DNA of 63,984 nt, counting the filler, from Circinaria calcarea (lineage: Eukaryota): NCBI GenBank assembly GCA_051942165.1. It is 4 parts of 4 records of this genome, joined end to end, with 100 filler letters (N's around TTAATTAATTAA, not from the genome) between each part and the next. Parts side by side here need not be neighbours in the genome. Positions count along the whole stretch, not along the records: positions 32,200 to 48,197 come from JAVECS010000342.1; positions 48,298 to 63,984 come from JAVECS010000354.1; 2 more parts are not named here. One strand, 5' to 3'. The notes beneath the pieces were generated by a model that searched no databases, was not told the origin of the DNA, and was given only the letters and a program-made list of their open reading frames with translations. A program made the translations under genes and the position numbers. Positions 38,725-51,419 of this stretch are shown here, in pieces. How positions within the stretch are numbered: the first letter of the stretch is position 1; every line of letters starts with the position of its first letter.

Positions 38725-39084
38725 ATGGATCGAGATTGGTATGAAGATTATTGGTCGGACCTGAGCAGCAGATCTCCCCGTTCGGAGGACTCGTCCGGAG
38801 ATTCTCCCAGGAGCAAAAGACGGTCAATGTGGAACCTGATCAAAAGGGTGGTCAGGAGACGGCCGTCTCTGCCCTACTTCGGTTTTCGCAGGACATCATT
38901 TACCAAGTCTCCACCAGCTGCGTCGGAAACTTTCGATTACAGACCCGAAGACGTCGAAGAGGGCGCTTTCTGTGACAGTGTTCTTGGAATTATGAAGAGA
39001 TGTCCGAGATATCACATTTATCTGGGAGAATCCGAGAGGGCGGAGGTTAGACGCGATTATTGGATGCGGCGTGGAACTGTCTAG
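38725..39084 (+). CDS. Possible orphan protein (119 aa)
   Basis: aaaATGg start context, TATAAG near 38663, uninterrupted ORF; no recognisable domain. Confidence 0.3.
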   Translation: MDRDWYEDYWSDLSSRSPRSEDSSGDSPRSKRRSMWNLIKRVVRRRPSLPYFGFRRTSFTKSPPAASETFDYRPEDVEEGAFCDSVLGIMKRCPRYHIYLGESERAEVRRDYWMRRGTV

Positions 39085-39288
39085 AATAGGCTTAGGCCAA
39101 ACGAAACTAACCAATCAAAGCGATTGTGATTGAACCCGCACTAACCTTTATCCATTCCATCACATCACTACCTTATCCAATATCGATCATCCGTCTTTAC
39201 TTCCGCATCATACAGCATTCAGTGCCAGCGCAATCTATTCCCATTGCCTTTTTCTTTCTTTTCCTTTTACCACTTCCAAATCTTCACC

Positions 39289-40163
39289 ATGTTTGCATCG
39301 GCGAGATCAACGGCCGCGCTGGGCTTGCGAGGTATGGATTTCCTCTCTTCTGAAATCTATAACGCCACCGATAGCTAAAACCCCCCGGTAGCCAAACCAT
39401 CCACTGCTCTGATACCCTTTCGCGCTGGGCCTTCTGCATTCATTTCCTCGTCCTCTGCAAAACCCGCCACTGCCATCCAACCATCACGAGAAGTCGAAGG
39501 CCCTCCCCTCAGCGTTACTGGCAAGCCCCGACGAGAAGTCCCCCTGCCCAGTCAAGAAAAGAAAGAAGGAGTAATGCAATATGCCTTGTATGTTCGCCCC
39601 CGAGACTCGCATATTCATATAACATTTCTGTGGTACTGACTCCTCATCCACTCTGGTAGAACAACCATGGATCAAGTTGCCAATTGGGCCCGCCAAGGCT
39701 CGCTATGGCCCATGACATTCGGCCTGGCCTGCTGCGCAATCGAAATGATGCACCTCTCCACTCCTCGCTACGATCAAGATCGTCTGGGGATAATCTTCCG
39801 AGCCTCCCCTCGCCAGTCAGACGTCATGATTGTCGCCGGCACCCTCACTAACAAAATGGCCCCCGCTCTTCGGCAAGTCTATGACCAGATGCCCGAACCT
39901 CGATGGGTGATTTCGATGGGCAGTTGCGCGAATGGAGGAGGATACTATCATTACAGCTACAGTGTGGTGAGGGGATGCGATCGAATTGTGCCGGTCGATA
40001 TATATGTGCCTGGGTGCCCGCCTACCAGCGAGGCACTGATGTATGGGATCTTTCAATTGCAGAAGAAGATGAGGCATACGAAGGTGAGACATTCTCCCGT
40101 TAGACAAATGGGGCAAATAGGCTAACCCTTGCGAAGATTACGAGGATGTGGTATAGGAAGTAA
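39289..40163 (+). CDS. NDUFS7: NADH:ubiquinone oxidoreductase PSST/20-kDa subunit, 4 exons
   Basis: [44 protein letters not shown]. Confidence 0.96.
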
Positions 40164-40637
40164 TCGACATGGGGGAGAAGATCAATATTTGTACAGGCAT
40201 TATTTGGGTTGTCATTGGGTACCGGTAGATCATGGAAGATCGCCGCGTTAGGATTTTGTATCAATTAAAACATGCTCATGTAGCAGTTCCCCAGTTATTC
40301 TTGATCTTGCGTGAATAATGTAATCCTCAGTTCTACGTGAACCGTCCCTTCTAGCTTTCTGCTGACCTAGTACACCGATCACTTGCGTAATGCCGTGTCC
40401 ATCTCTTCCAACTGAATGTCCCAAATTAAATTGTCCCAAGATGGCTGGCGGCTGTGTCATCGTTGAGTGAAGACCACCTTGAGTTTCCTTCCGAGCGCAC
40501 GTTTTGAGCAGACACTCGCAGGTGGTACGTCACCGCATGCCTTGTCTGTCCGTGACTGCCCTCGTCGCTCGCAGTAGGTGTCACTTGTTTCCTCCACTGA
40601 TCCTCCAACCTTGGGAAATTTACAATACCTGCGTGGA

Positions 40638-41920
40638 TCAAGACTCTCCACTGTCGCTCTCGGTTTCCTCCAACCCTTTCAGCATCGCCTCGACCTCCTT
40701 CGGCTCACTGACTCCCCAAACTCCGCCACCCCTAACCACGTCCCTCCCCCTCATTCCTACTTCCTTGCCTACGAGGTTCCTTCCAACTTTCCCTGGCCCA
40801 AGGCCCACCCAGCGCCTGACTCGCATCTCTTGATCTAAATACTTGATGCTGTCCCACCATCTTACCGTCTCAACAGTCTGCCTTGCAAGAAGGTCCTTGA
40901 GATCCGCTTCCGACACAAACGGCCGGCTGGAGACGTTGGAGATACAAGGAAAGAGACCAGGGAAAGTAACAGTAGTTTGGGAGAGGATGTCGGTCATGAT
41001 TTTCTTGGCTGGTGCCATTATGGGAGAATGAAAGGGGCTGTCGCTGCTCAAGCGGACAGCCCGAGGGTCGTGGCCACCGAACTGGCGCAGCTGCACTAGT
41101 AAGGCTTGGATACGTTCGATGTTGCCGCTAAGCACGATTTGGCTCTTACTGTTGATGTTGGCAATCAAGACCTGGTGCATTGGTGAGTCGTCATGGGGCG
41201 CGGCATCGACACCCGGAGAAGACGATGCGGGATGTAAAAAGGCGTGGATGGTGGAGATAAGGGATTCCAATCGGTCGGGCTCGCACACAAGTGCAATCAT
41301 GCCGAATTCAGCCCCATTATCCGCGAGGGTTGCATCTCGGCTACAGCGTGCCATTGCTTCCGCCCGGCGGCGAACCATAAGTAAGGCGTCCTTGTATCGG
41401 AGATAGCCACCTGCAACCAAAGCCGCAAACTCTCCGAGGGAATGTCCCAGCGTCACTGTCACCAGTTTCTTGGTATTAAAATCAAACTCTTGCTCCAGAA
41501 TCCGGAGTATCATAATGCTGGTTGCCATAATAGCAGGCTGTGCATTCTTCGTAGCTGTAAGGGTGGAGTTGGGACCTTCGGCGATGATTTGGGACAGGGG
41601 GGTTTGCAGGATGTGGTCCATTTCTTCCAGGAAAGGCTTGCATGTACGTGGGAAGGCAGAAAGCCAGGATGAAGCCATGCCTATTCGCTGAACGCCTTGT
41701 CCTACGGGGACGTCAGTAGTTATCGGCGTAGTAGATGAGGCGGCTTACCGGGGAAGAACAGGGCTGTTCGCGGATGGGGAGATTCCGTGGCTGACAGCCA
41801 TCTTTGATCATGGATGTTTCCCCAAGCTAATATCGGTATACTAAGCTCCGGTATATGGGAACCGTGCGTGTTACACACGGCATGGTGGCTCCTCAGTAAG
41901 CTTCTAGTACGGCGTAGCAT
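40638..41920 (-). CDS. MCT1: Mitochondrial malonyl-CoA:ACP transacylase, 2 exons
   Basis: TALFFPG|QGVQ, NAQPAI, LGHSLGEF catalytic motif, ANINSKSQIVLSG, PFHS, LGPGKV. Confidence 0.93.
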
Positions 41921-44900
41921 TTTGCGGCACCTGATTTTCCAGCCTAGAAGGCAATGTACATCTCATCATCCTCGCCAGCATCCTGGAGAGCTGTTACTTG
42001 AGCTTAGTTACTCATCACTGAATGAGCAATCGATTTGCACATTGTTTGAGATTCAGTAGTGCGGAATAGAAAGGATCAGTCTGATGTTGTAGGTTGTACT
42101 TTCCAACCGAAGCGCGCTTATCTCGATTAGTCTTGGAGACCCTGCTACACTCTTTCATCCGACAATGAGGACATGGCATGGAAACGATACCTGACGAAGC
42201 TTCACTGGCTGTTATGAAGGCAAAGCTGTATTACATCAGAATTTACTTCTCGCATATGTTGACGAGTCTCACAACGTGTTCTTTCTACATTTGGCGTTTG
42301 ATATTTCCAACATAAATCCTGAAGGCTGTAGACAAGGTGTTTAGCGTCTCACTGCGGCCAAGCTGATCATCACACCTTGGCTAATAGAAGCTGATTGTCT
42401 ACTATCGACTATCGTAGCGCGGTGTTTGCAAAGTTATGTGTGCTCAGGAATAGGATGTATACTGGACTGCCATACAAACAAACACCTCGGATACATCCTT
42501 GAAAAGTGTATGGAGCGAAAGGAAGGCTACAAGCATAGACTCATCCATGCGTTTTGCTACCTAGGATCGAAGTGTAACGAAGCCAAAGCTATGGAACAAA
42601 CCTCGGGGCAATCGTTATCATGAGCACTAGTACTGTGCTGTTTTAAATGAAACGATGGGAAGGTTCCTGTAAGAGTCAGACTGAAAAACATGCTCGGCGC
42701 TATGCTCCTTTGGCGTATTCCTTGTGACGCTGTTGTGTGTTCGACCAACACCTAACCCCGATGGTTTACACGGGTCAAAGGGACCAGAAGGCCAATCAAT
42801 AATAGAGCCTAGTCTTTCTAGATAGCGATCTCGTGTACTTGCCTTAGTAAGCGCACCCGTGCATACAGGGAGCAACGAGGTGGATGAAACCTGAAGTGTG
42901 CAGGAAGTGATATGGGAAAGTCCCAACTCACAAAGTGTTTGCTTTTAATGGCAAACGACGGGAACAGAAGTACGATTGGGGCGCATGAAGCCGAACTGTT
43001 CCTCGTGTTTGATACTTGGAAAGTTTTTGAGACGTCTTATGTTTCGAGAATTTTTTGCACATGTTGTTTCTGTTGCTGCCCGCGTACCGGGGCCTTTGGC
43101 GGCTGATGGTTCAATTATTCTATCGCTTGTAGCCGAAGGATCAGACGCACCTTCGTTTTGTGTGTTTGGATAGCGTCATGCACGGCAAGGAAGGATCATC
43201 ATCCGAGTACGGAGTGTGGCGGGATGCAGGCGTCGAGGTCACGCGGCCGGTCGCCTTCCCCAGGACCAGATCTCTCTTTGCGTTAGTGGGGCCACGAAGT
43301 CGCGTTGTCAACCGAGAACAAATCCCCGACAAGACGGACTCTGTAACTCCACGTACGCGGCACAATCATTCTTATTATTATTATTTATGGCTCATACGAC
43401 TCAAGGTCAAACTCGGACGGGACGGTAGGAGCTGTGCCACACCCACATCATGCTGCTACCGAATATAGGACGGCCTGTGAATAAAATAGACGATGTTGGC
43501 CATAAGGACCTTCTCGTTGCTCACGATTGCTCACGGAAGCCCCAACTTGTGGGTACAGAGTGGACTTCAAGGGGAGAGTTCGATGCCGGCATTGTTACTA
43601 GCATGACTCACTCGCATACGTTGAGCAATTAAATCATTCACCAAAGGGTGGCCGAAGAGGATGAGGATTGGTTCCCTTAGGCGCAAGGTCCCCTATGAGT
43701 TGGTTACCAATTAGCCGTGACACCGAGTCAAGCCGTGACTGTCAGGAGCAAGATAACTCCGTAGACCAAGGAGATAAAGGCTCTTAAGCTGCCGAGGGTA
43801 CTCGTAACCCTGAAATTTACCAAGTGCTGTTGGATGGACTCCCGTCTGGCGCCGATCGGCTGATATGCGAGGTCATCTATCGGCATGTCAATGTTTGTAG
43901 CTGTAGATATGATGCATTACATGATGTTGCTTTTCTGCGCTGCTGTGACAAGTCACTAAATGTGGGATGGTAAGCCCCATAGTAGCACTAACCTATTCTC
44001 AGGCCGCCCACGCTACTCGAATGGAAATCTTGCCATCAGATGGACCAATCAACTTTATCACTGCCGCCATTCCCCCCTGGGACGGAAGCAGCTTGACGCC
44101 CCTCCAACGCAGAACCAAAGCGAAGACTGCAAAGTTAATGCGTGCGTGCAGAACCCAACAGCTATTTCATAAGCGCCTTTGCACCGAGGACGAATCAGCG
44201 TCTAACGGCAGGGAACCCGACAACGGAAGGCCCAGGGCCGGAAGTTATTGGACGGCAGTGCAGGGAACCCTTGCGAGCGAATGTTGTGCCTAAATTGGGT
44301 TTTGGTTTGGGGTTGTGCGGTTAGTCCTCGCGCCAGTGAGCCAGCAGCGCGCCAAACGCTTCCTACCACAGTAAATGAAGTCAAAGGCACTCGACGAGCA
44401 ACCTAAGCTCCATGCCTCGAATGCAGCGGTGTGATAAAACCGGATCATCTGACCTTTGATGACGTGAGGCCCTTCGGCGAGAGCAGCAATGATTGCGGCA
44501 GAGTCCATGGCGAGGTCATGCCGGCGACAAGGCATAATCCAGGACCAAGGAATCATTCGGTGTTGCGGCTGTCGTATCGATGAATCCGCCGTGAATAAAT
44601 GAGACAGACCGTCGGGAGGCTGTGTCGTGTCGTTTTGGTGCCGTAATTGACCGGCATGCTGGATGCCTTCGAGGACCCCGGCATCCTCGAGCCACCTTGT
44701 TGTGAATAATACCTTAACCACAACGCTGGGACCCTACGGCTCTTGCCAAACTGTTTGCCCGTCCACCGTGTGAAGAGTCTGAGGCAGCTAGGTAAGATAG
44801 GATTAGGGGGCCCTAGCACAGCCGAGCGAGCTCTCAACCAACCCCCCGGTCCTGACTGCAAAACAGCAGCGATTGGCGCTTGCGCCCATTCAGACACGCT

Positions 44901-45329
44901 TTCCTGGACTACCCACTTGCGCTCTCACGCCCACGCCCACGCCCACACCTGATTTTCATTCTCCTTCCTCCGTCCACCTTCCGCCCTCTTTAACCGCCCA
45001 GCCTGTGCAAAGAGCTCTCTCTCATACATTGTCACTTGCATGTCTGGGGTAACACTACGCTTTTCACGCTCGTCCGTTCTGCTATTCTCTTCAAGCCAAG
45101 GTGCGCAACAACCGACTCCAAGATTCTAGTAGGCAAAAGTTAAACGCCCGCAAGCGCGATCAAGTGTTGAAGGCAGAGGCAGACCAGGACTTGTACGGAG
45201 TCGACGAGTTTGACCTTCAACTTGGGAGTCTTCCGACACGCAAAAGATACATCAGTCTTGTTGCACGATTGGAGTGGATCATTTTCTTCTCTGCGCTGCC
45301 TGCAAAAAATCATTTCCGCCATACCACTC

Positions 45330-47602
45330 ATGGCCGCTGCCACATCGAACCATGTATCGGAAGGGCCTCGGACGAATGAAGATGAACAGTCGACTGAGTC
45401 TAACTCATCCAGGTTCACGGCTGTCAACGGACAAGCACCTCCGGGGACAGACGGCCATGATGCTCATGCTGACATACCCGAGGAGTTCAATGCTCGAGTA
45501 GATCCACAGGCAGGTTTACGTCAACCTTCTCCTTCCCGGTCTCCTGGCACTCATTCAAGGACGCCAAGTCGCCAGCAAATGGAAACCCACAGTCTGAGCC
45601 CTGCGAAGCGCAAACGCTCATATCCCGATGAAGATGACAACCGGAGCAACTTGCCGTACCATGCCCACGCTCTACCGCCCTCTAATCATCAAGAGAAACC
45701 GAGTCTCAGCCCAAGGATACGCATGCAGGCGCAGAACGGACGATTTGCTCATGATGAACAAGTCCTACGGCACCCGGAACCACACTTGCAACCCACTAAT
45801 GGATTAATCCACTATGAGCAGGAGAGGCCTCCACCATTTAGCAGCCACTACGATCCTCATGCTCAACCAAGTACACCTTATTACACCCGGCCTCCTGATG
45901 ATGCAGAGGCTCGGATGGCAGAAGCGCTACAGAGAGGCACCCAGACCTCCCATCCGCCTCATATGCGGGCAGACTACGGTAGTCCCGAAGACGACGACGG
46001 ACACATGCAGGAGTATGGAAAGTACTCTACTACTCAACGCAGCTCGATGTCCGGTGATGGCAAACGGCGTAAGAGGGTCTTTAGTAACCGGACGAAGACT
46101 GGCTGCCTTACTTGCAGGAAGCGAAAGAAGAAGTGTGATGAAGCGCATCCAGAATGTGAGTTGCAGGACCCTAACCAACTGTAGATCCTCTCTCGAGGCA
46201 TCTGTACTGACACATCATGCCTCAAGGTAATAATTGTCACCGAGGCGGCTTCATCTGCGAAGGCTATCCAGGCCGGAACAACTGGCAGAAACCTCCACCT
46301 TCCAAAGCGCCCATACCATTGCAATCAAAAGTAGAGTATGCCCAATCCGTTCGAGCACAACAAGCTCAATATCCTCCTGAGGTCAGCCCTGAGTTTAACG
46401 GCGGTAGCCCTGTTCCACCAAGGCAGCAACCGCCTGTCGATGGTGCCCGGGTCAAACCAATCATGCTGGATGAAGAGCATGAGCATCCGCACTCCAGCTA
46501 TAGTCCACCTGACGCAATTCGAAGCCAATCTGGCTGGGTGAAAGCTCCCCGTCAAGTTTCTCGGTCGTACCAAACTCAACCGCCGCCCCCATCTAAGTAC
46601 TCCCCAGAACCCGATTATCGTTCCCTCCAGAATCTTCATGAAGCGCAGCAAGACGTACCAGAGGCTTTAGATTATCCACCCTCAAATAAACATCGCTCTC
46701 ATTCGGGACCCTTTCAACCAGCTCCATCAGCCTCGCAAGCATCGCATAATGCGCCAGCCGTAGCTCAGGCCGCTCTCCAGCATACCTCGAGCTCCCAGCG
46801 TCCCTCCCCCAATCATCATTATCAGCTCACCGAACGTGAGAAGATGCTAAGAGGCGAGCACTACTTTCCATATACCCCTGCTCTCATGGAAGATCGTGAA
46901 CGTTGTTCGGCCGCGGTATGGCACTTTAACAACTCGTCTAATCCGACTACGGGCATCAGTCCGGCAGAACGCCTCCGTTTTTTCAAAGCCATTATCAACC
47001 TGCGTCCATCGCCAGAAACAACTCCTGATGGCCACAACTCGATGGATCCAGCATCTCTTCCGTATGGAAGTGTAGGTCCAGGGGTCATCGTGGAGGCCCC
47101 TTTTCACTGCGATTACGGTTATAACATTAACATAGGACGAAATGTCTTAATTGGTCCCGACTGCCGCATTACAGATACTTGTCCTGTCACGATAGGGAAT
47201 AACGTTATCTTTAGCCCCAATGTCAAGCTTGTGTGTACGAATTACGCGATTGATCCCAAGGATCGACGGAAGACTATGGGTCGTGCACTAGGGAGATCGA
47301 TTGTTATCGAGGACGACTGCTGGATTGGCAGCAATGTTACCATTACGCCAGGCATCAAGGTGGGAAGGTGTAGCGTGGTGGCTGCGGGAAGTCTCATTTG
47401 TCGGGTAGGTCCACCATCCAACTCCTTTTCCATCTTAAGCTTTCTATCTCCCTCCCTCCCCCTTTCTCTATTCCTTTGTCTCTCCGGCTTAACTAATATC
47501 CTCCGATGCTTTTAGGATGTACCACCATACACCGTCGTGGCTGGCAATCCTTCAAAGGTTGTCCGAGGCATTTACGAGGATAACCGCGAACTGATCTCAT
47601 AA
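45330..47602 (+). CDS. Zn2Cys6 transcription factor fused to a C-terminal maltose/galactoside O-acetyltransferase-like hexapeptide-repeat domain, 3 exons
   Basis: RTKTGCLTCRKRKKKCDEAHPEC|NNCHRGGFICEGY; TEREKMLRGE, VEAPFHCDYGYNI, IEDDCWIGSNV, DVPPYTVVAGNP. Confidence 0.9.
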
Positions 47603-48197
47603 CCGGTGGACGATAACGAGATTGAAGCTTTTATTCTTGCACATACCTTTTTCCTTCCTTGGATGGACATTTGCTTTTCCCACAAACCGAGTTTCTCGAA
47701 TAATGCTTACACGACAGTACCCAGAACCTTTTTGCTGTCTTTCCGACAAGGCGCCTTTTTCTCTCGGCTCGATCGGAACGGCCCTTTTTTTTCTGCTTTT
47801 TATTTTTGCTTGCTTTGCTCATATTTAGCCTCGTGATCCTCTAGGAGACTCTTGATTGTTTAGTTTTTCAGCGAGGATGGATGGATGGGCTTTCTTGCAA
47901 TCGGAGACAAACGGATAGAATGGTGTGGAAGGATGAGAATTGGGAAATGGAAATGAAAATGAAAATGGAAATTTGCAAATCCGGGGGGTGCTTTTCTTTG
48001 GCTTTTTTGTGGTCTTTTTTTTTTTATCATTATGAATTAGCTTAGCTGGGGCTTTTATTGGCTAATAGGTAGAGCAGAGAGCACAAAAATAATAGCTTTT
48101 AGGACAGGGATTTTATTGATGCTCTATCCTATCCCGCTCTTTCCTTTGCAAAAAATGTTTTTGATTGCGCCCCTCCGCCGTGGAACCTATTTTGGGG

Positions 48198-48297
48198 NNN
48201 NNNNNNNNNNNNNNNNNNNNNNNNNNNNNNNNNNNNNNNNNTTAATTAATTAANNNNNNNNNNNNNNNNNNNNNNNNNNNNNNNNNNNNNNNNNNNN
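48198..48297. other. Artificial contig spacer
   Basis: Same N44-TTAATTAATTAA-N44 linker. Confidence 0.98.
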
Positions 48298-48806
48298 TAT
48301 TGTACAAGTCTTTGGTGCCGAATATGACTCCCAAAGAAAAGAAAAACTCCCGGCTGGAAAGCCGGCGAAAAGTAGGCCGTTTGATGAGAAAGAAGAGTCA
48401 AATCCTCGTGTCCCTTCTATCCAAGTATTGTTGGAAAGCAAGCAATCTACCCAAAACTCCTTACTTTCCCTGTGTTTGTCCTACAACCAGATTCCATGCG
48501 TCATATCCTTCCATTCCGTAACTGCAACCGCTGCCCAAAAGCTCCCGACACTTCCTGGTCTCATATATTCCCTTTGCCATTCACCTTAATCCTTTTTACC
48601 ATATCTGCACCCTCTATCAACCATATATTTCGGTCCCGCGAACATACACCGAAGTCAGTCAACGCGGTAGCCGGTTCTATTGCTCCCCCTATCGAGCTAG
48701 GTCTCAAGGACATACACTCCGATCAGTCGACACGAATAAATTTCATGGACATACACCGGAGTCAGCCAAACAGGGAACTTCCCAACCAGGGGAACAAAGA
48801 AAATAT

Positions 48807-51419
48807 TTAGGTGACGAGGTTGGAATTGAGAATTGGCGATTGCTGGGCGCTCCATGCCGCGAAGTTTGACTCGAAGACACGTCCCGCCTGCTCCTCATCT
48901 TCGAGCGTCCAGGTAGAATCGAGATAAGCTTGCACTTCGGGGTCAATGATACCAGCATCAGCGTAGGTTTGGGCTTTCGGAAAGTCGAATTGGATGAGAT
49001 CACTATCAGGAATAGAAGCCAATGCAGCAGTGACTTCAGGATCCATTTGCTCATTGGTACCTTGTTGTGCCACGATATCTGACCCAATTTCGTTCTGATC
49101 GTTGGCTACGAATTCAGGAATATCCTCCAATGGCTGCTCGTTTCCAATGTCAGATGCCACAGTAGAACTTGACAACCTGCTCGAGGCTCGAAGACCGCTT
49201 GGCTGCCTTGGTGTGTAACGCAAAGCTTGCGATCGAGCTCGAGCTAATGCATCTGTGTCCGAAGAGATAGGACCGGTGGATGGTAAAGTAGCGTGGGACG
49301 GGTTTGGACGTGGTGGCGGTGGTCCAGGATCAGCGATGGTAGATATCGCGTTTTGAGCAGTAGCATCAGTGTGAGACTGAGCAGGGCTACCGAAAACGTT
49401 GTCGTCAGACTCTTCCTCTTCGAAGCTATCAGAGTCATAAGGAACCTCAAATGTGATAGATGGAGTAGGTATGTAGACGACAGGCGGACTGGTATTGACA
49501 TTGTCGAACAAGTTAGATCTTGGGTCTGCGAATGTAATACCGGTGTATGGCGTGGCTTTGGTGAGATCGCCGATGGGTTTCCTAGGAGGAGTTGATGGAT
49601 TTCTTGGACTAACACGAGCACGCTTGCTTGGTTTGGTTGGCGTATCCTCCTCTGCAGCCTCGTCGTCGCTGGAAGAGTCACCAAAATAGTCAAGATCCAT
49701 GCCGTAACTACAGCCCTTGGGATTTGGAATGACATCTGGAGAGTATCGCTTTCTCTTCTTTCCAGTTGCATCAGCTCCCTCTGCTTTGCGTCTATTCTCT
49801 TCCTCTCTCATTGCCGCCGTGACTCGACGAGCAACTTCTTCATCAATGAGCCTCTTATTCTCAGCAAGGAGAATCTTTCTCTCCTTTTCTTCCTTTTCGG
49901 CCCGTTTCTGTGCTCGACTCTTCCATCCGGTCTGCTGGGTACGACCTTGCCTTCGTTCGGCATGTGAGGTGGCCGGAGCAATGTCAGGATTGGAGCGGTT
50001 ACGAAATTGACGAGGCTCTGTATGCGGATCGTGCTGGGCATCTGATTCAATGCTTCTCTCCTCTACATTTGCATTCGCGTCTTCGGGTTGCCGCTGGACG
50101 TTTGAATTACTCTCATCCGCAGTCTTGGTTGGATTATCCACATCCATAGATTCGTTCTGCGCTTGATCTTGAATATTTAAAGAACCTTCACTTGTGTTCA
50201 TGTCGCTAGAATGATCTTGGATGTTCGGAATATCGCCATTTGTGTTGATGTGACCGGTTTGTGCCGGAGTATCTCTCATGGGTGAAGGAGGATTATCAGC
50301 GTTACTAGCGAAAAGATCTTGTGGAGCTGCACGTGATCGATTACCGGAAAATGGCAGACGCGGCACAAACCTTGAGACGGAACGAGCTAAATTAGTAAAC
50401 CCCCATTGGCGAGGAGTAACTGGTGCCGGCTGTTCTTCGGTTAGTGGTTGAATCTCCGCTCCGGTCGTCACAGCGACTCGGTCTTCGCTTTGGTTTTCGG
50501 CTGTTGTTGTTGCTGTTGTGTCCTTTCCGCTCGAGTCTGTGTTCTGCTCAAGGGTTGCTACGGTCTCTTTAGTCTGAGCTTGGCTAATTTCAGTAGTTGT
50601 GGATTTTCCAAATTGAATTCTTGGACGTCTGCGCAGATCCAAAGGGTTCCGATTGAAACGCCCTTTTTCCCGATCAAAGGGCCAACGCGCTTCGTCGTCG
50701 GAGATTTCCATGACAGTATCTGGACGATATGGTGTTAAAACCAGTTGACCATCAAGTGTGTAGGCTCCACCTTCAATAAGACCGGTGTCCTTGTTGAGTG
50801 TACCTTTAATCTTTCGAACTTTCGGCGCGGCCTGGTAAAGCCTTGAGCGCTTCGGAGCAGGCTGGTTGGTTGTGTCATCACTGTCAAGGGTGCGCTTCGA
50901 CGGCTTCACAGGAGAAGCCCCCGTGGCTGTAGAAACCATAAGTATTTGTTCTTGCACTTGTACTCCTACATCTTTTGTAGAATTGGGGATTTGCACTTGT
51001 ACTCCTGCATCTTTCGTAGAATTGGGGTTTAAGCCCGAAATGAAACGGAGGATGAGCTCCTCATAAGCAGCGGGAACTGTCATGGTGACAGTTGGGGCAA
51101 CAGTGGGATTTTCAGCAGCTACATCTGCTGCTGACGGCGCCTCCGACACATGGAGGAGGGCCTGGGTTGGGGGAGGGGCAGGGGGTGCAGATTCAACAAC
51201 AACAGTAGGAGATACTTGAATCTCACTCTGGGGGTTGGCTTCGGTGTTCTTCTTCTTCTCCTTTCGATTTCTGGTCTTTGTGGCTGGCAACTCCCTCAGT
51301 GGTGATTGGGGTTGGCCAGCGGCTTGATCAGCCATGGCTTGGCGACGTCTGTGATCATCAGCAGGTGTACTCCAGCATCGGTCAAGCTCCATGACATACG
51401 TCTTCATTCCCGTAGGCAT
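48807..51419 (-). CDS. Large low-complexity hypothetical protein, intronless
   Basis: About 870-codon ORF, S/T/P/Q-rich, short coiled coil, KKRKR NLS-like, SPDVIPNPKGCSYGMDLDYF block; divergent from RPS0. Confidence 0.8.
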   Translation of the reverse strand: MPTGMKTYVMELDRCWSTPADDHRRRQAMADQAAGQPQSPLRELPATKTRNRKEKKKNTEANPQSEIQVSPTVVVESAPPAPPPTQALLHVSEAPSAADVAAENPTVAPTVTMTVPAAYEELILRFISGLNPNSTKDAGVQVQIPNSTKDVGVQVQEQILMVSTATGASPVKPSKRTLDSDDTTNQPAPKRSRLYQAAPKVRKIKGTLNKDTGLIEGGAYTLDGQLVLTPYRPDTVMEISDDEARWPFDREKGRFNRNPLDLRRRPRIQFGKSTTTEISQAQTKETVATLEQNTDSSGKDTTATTTAENQSEDRVAVTTGAEIQPLTEEQPAPVTPRQWGFTNLARSVSRFVPRLPFSGNRSRAAPQDLFASNADNPPSPMRDTPAQTGHINTNGDIPNIQDHSSDMNTSEGSLNIQDQAQNESMDVDNPTKTADESNSNVQRQPEDANANVEERSIESDAQHDPHTEPRQFRNRSNPDIAPATSHAERRQGRTQQTGWKSRAQKRAEKEEKERKILLAENKRLIDEEVARRVTAAMREEENRRKAEGADATGKKRKRYSPDVIPNPKGCSYGMDLDYFGDSSSDDEAAEEDTPTKPSKRARVSPRNPSTPPRKPIGDLTKATPYTGITFADPRSNLFDNVNTSPPVVYIPTPSITFEVPYDSDSFEEEESDDNVFGSPAQSHTDATAQNAISTIADPGPPPPRPNPSHATLPSTGPISSDTDALARARSQALRYTPRQPSGLRASSRLSSSTVASDIGNEQPLEDIPEFVANDQNEIGSDIVAQQGTNEQMDPEVTAALASIPDSDLIQFDFPKAQTYADAGIIDPEVQAYLDSTWTLEDEEQAGRVFESNFAAWSAQQSPILNSNLVT

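Noticed and set aside
32719..41920. Mitochondrial gene cluster (AFG1-like, PSST, MCT1)
   Set aside because: Housekeeping genes interleaved with unrelated genes; no evidence of co-regulation
43801..43815. TAACCCTGAA as a telomerase RNA template
   Set aside because: Mismatch to TAACCCTAA and no supporting pseudoknot seen
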